Source of the DNA: Squalus acanthias
Taxonomy: Eukaryota
NCBI GenBank assembly: GCA_030390025.1
Contig: CM059431.1
Location: 122,638,001-122,702,000, forward strand
Direction: 5' to 3'
Length of the DNA stretch: 64,000 nt
The notes below the pieces were generated by a model, which worked only from the letters and a program-made list of their open reading frames with translations, ran no database searches and was not told where the DNA came from. The stretch's first letter is position 1; each line of letters opens with the position of its first letter. A program made the position numbers and the translations under genes. Below are positions 61,401 to 64,000 of the stretch, piece after piece.

Positions 61401-62452
61401 TTTTGCGGTTGCGGTACATCTCAGCATTGAGATGCGGAGCCCACAAAGCCACGTGTGTGCAGTCGATGGCTCCCTGCACCATGGGAAAGCCCGATATCCT
61501 GGCAAAGCCCCGTGCACACTCCTCCTGCTTATCTCTGTTTAGAGAGAAGACAATGAAGTCCCCTCTCCTGGTGTAATGTGCCTCTGTGACCTCCCGGATG
61601 CAGTGATGGACAGCGAACTGCGAGATGTTTGCAATGTCGCCTGGAAGAATGCGCTGCCAAAGAAATTGAGGGCCATGGTCACCTTCAGACCACTGGCAGT
61701 GCCATCTTCACCCTGCTCGAAGGCTCCAGGTCTGGTTGCAGGATTTGGCAGAGTTCTGTTACCACTTCCTTGGTGAAGCGGAGCTAACAAACACACTGCA
61801 CCTGGCTTAGTGCTCCCTAAAGACCCTAGATGGGTAAGGCCTCCTGTTGAGAGCCCTCTTCCTCCTCCTCCCTCTGTGAGCAGCTTGTCCTCTGCTCCTT
61901 CTCCATGTCATGCTGCAGCCCAAGGGGGACTGCAAGTAGAGCCCCCATGACTGGGAACAAGTGATGTTCTCAGAGGCATTCCTTTAAGAGCCAATGCCTT
62001 GCAAGCATCCAACAGCACTCCCTGCACACTTTAATAACTTTTCAAATGGCTTACACCAAGCCACTACTCAAATAAACTGGACAGGAACCAGTACAAAAGC
62101 AAAAAGCAACTTACCTCAAAGTTGCATGTGTCACTTTAAATAGTGCTGGTGGGGTGTTCCGTCACGCATCTCAACACCCGTTCAGCTGTGAGTGTTTAGG
62201 AGAGGGCATACAGTGGGGTGGTGACGTCCAAAATGGCAGGTTGTGTGGCAAATCAGTGTTACACACTGATTGATGTTACAATCTGCCTTTTTTGAATTCG
62301 TCCATTGCACACAGGCAACGCTTGTGTTGTTGCCCTTCCCAAGATGACGACCAGTGCGGTCCGTGCCGGAAGTCGGTGGAACCGTGGCGAGCGCCATTTT
62401 ATTCTTCAAACTGGCCATAACAGCCGGCGCTAAGCACGGGAATTTTGCGGCC
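58500..62452. mobile_element. Decayed Harbinger: Myb remnant on + (from 58675), transposase pseudogene on - (~60850-61950); left end not found
   Basis: MAQQARESAPRFSDAALEAFVQ; VQGAIDCTHVALWAP, SSHDAFIL, LGDKGY, GVLKQRFRCLDRSGGALQY; right end AATTTTGCGGCC. Confidence 0.8.
59275..60167 (+). mobile_element. Second copy of the ~895-bp Harbinger deletion derivative
   Basis: Reverse complement of 8341-9235 with high similarity; TIR GGGGGAAAAATTCAG, near-TSD CTT/CTA. Inserted in a Myb exon-3 remnant. Confidence 0.92.
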
Positions 62453-63049
62453 ATGTGTCCATTTTTTTGTGCATTTTGGCTACTGATCTGGTCCCAAGCT
62501 CATTACTTCTATCTTCTTTTTGTTTCTCTTGATCCCTCTCAGCTGCTTCTCTCCTGTCTCCTCCCCTTCCTGTCACCCAGTCATGATTCCTTTCAATTAT
62601 TCCCTCCCAGGTACTTTGCCCCTCCAATCTCTACTCCAACTCATCATGACTTTGCTGCCTTCCAACTCTGTGGTCACCGACCCAGGTTTGAATCCCTCCT
62701 GCATAAGCCTGCAGCTACACTCTGTATCTCTCTCGGCTTTCTATTGAGGGGCCACCGAGGCACTCGTCATTGTCTCTTTACAAACAGTAATCCCAACTGC
62801 CCCATTAACCTCTCTCACAGACAATGTTCCCTCTCATTTTTTTGTTGGGTTCACGGCCCCTTTATCAGGCTGAGCGGCCTATTCAAATTTGCGCACATGT
62901 GCGGTTTTTCCATTTAAAAGGCGATGAACTGGCGTGCACGGTACCTCCAGACTTCCGTGCCGCAGCTTAATGGGAACATTGCTTGCAGAGCTTCCCACGC
63001 AACCTCCTCTCACTCATTCCACCCACAACTGCTTTCTCAGACTCTGCCA

Positions 63050-63435
63050 GCAGATCAGCAATCTCCACCCACCTTCGCATTTCTCTCTAGAATGTCCATT
63101 CAGTCACGAACAAGGCCCTTGCCATCTTCCTATCGATGACTTTATTGTGGACAATTGCATAATCATAGTTTTGATTGAATCTTGGCTCACAGGTGGCCTC
63201 ATTGAAGCCTCCCCACCGGGCTATAGTTGTGACCACCTGCCCTGCCCATACTGGCCTAGTAACGGTGTGATGCTTTTCACCAAATCACATCATCAGGCAA
63301 ATAATATCCTCTGTGATTGCATTTTTCCTCCTCATCCTCCTCAACCTCTCTGTAGAATTAGACACGGTCGCCATCCCATCCTCCTCCAACGCCTCTCCTC
63401 CACTGGCCTGCTCATTGGGACTTCCCTCGCTTGGT
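63050..63435 (+). mobile_element. Internally deleted L2 remnant (AP-endonuclease start joined to RT fragment)
   Basis: VLIESWLT...EASPPGYS..HLPCP, then NNILCDC and HPILLQRLSS...GTSLAW as in 25020-25045 and 31465-31530. Confidence 0.6.
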
Positions 63436-63477
63436 AGGGAGAACCCGAGAAGACGATGCTTAATGGTTGCCTCATTT

Positions 63478-63770
63478 CATTAGAATCATTGAATCATAGA
63501 ATCATAGAATGGTTACAGCATAGAAGAAGGCCATTCAACTCGTCGAACCCGTGCCGGCTCTTTGCAAGAGCACCTCAGACAGTCCCAATCCCCTGCCCTT
63601 TTCCCGTAGCCCTGCAAAAGTTTTTCTTTCAGATACTTATCCAACTCCATTTGAAAGCTGTGATTGAGTCTGCCTCCACCATCCTTTCAGGCAGTGCATA
63701 CCAGATCCTAACCACTCGCTGAGTAAAAGTTTTTTCTTATGCCGCCTTTGGTTCTTTTGCCAATCATTGT
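63478..63770 (-). mobile_element. CR1 3' end fragment
   Basis: (ATAGAATC)n tail at 63479-63510 followed by typical CR1 3' UTR and ORF2 end. Confidence 0.82.
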
Positions 63771-63774
63771 TGGT

Positions 63775-64000
63775 AAAGATTCTGCTGTTGCCATTTACAC
63801 CTCCTCCAGACCCATCTTTTGTTTCTTTACTAGTCCCATTACCACCCCCTTTGCCTTGCACCATCATCCCTTTTGTCATTTAATCTCTCTTGCCTTCCAC
63901 TCTATCACAGACCTTCCCTTTTGTGCTTTCCTCCCCACCCCCTTTCCCTGCATGTGTACTTGCTTAAAACCGATTACATCTCTAATGTTTTCCAGTTCTG
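63775..64000 (+). mobile_element. Penelope pseudo-LTR fragment running off the window
   Basis: Matches 4340-4578 (GCCATTTACAC...CCATCTTTTGTTTCTT...CTATCACAGACCTT...TCCAGTTCT). Confidence 0.85.

Noticed and set aside
62354..62917. 187-aa ORF as host gene
   Set aside because: Spans a transposon end and pyrimidine-rich repeat-derived sequence, with no recognisable domain.

Overview
Eukaryotic, repeat-dominated non-coding DNA. The mix of CR1 and L2 LINEs, Penelope-like elements, Deu-domain SINEs and Harbinger DNA transposons suggests a vertebrate, most likely a cartilaginous fish (inference from recalled repeat families, no database search). No host protein-coding gene can be supported. The centrepiece is an apparently complete, young PIF/Harbinger transposon (25089-29307) with an uninterrupted DDE transposase and a convergent three-exon Myb/SANT-like gene whose only visible lesion is one extra base in a 10-nt homopolymer. 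It is the innermost member of a four-level nest (CR1 > L2 > CR1 > Harbinger). The window also holds three decayed Harbinger coding remnants, many Harbinger-type non-autonomous elements with 3-bp target-site duplications (TSDs), a 1143-bp solo LTR (TG...CA, 4-bp TSD) nested in a MITE inside a CR1, two Penelope-type inverted-repeat insertions carrying hammerhead-ribozyme cores, an unexplained ~213-bp direct repeat, and several AT-rich unique stretches that could be conserved enhancers. All components belong to known element classes. What may be new is the specific families and their architecture, not a new class of system.
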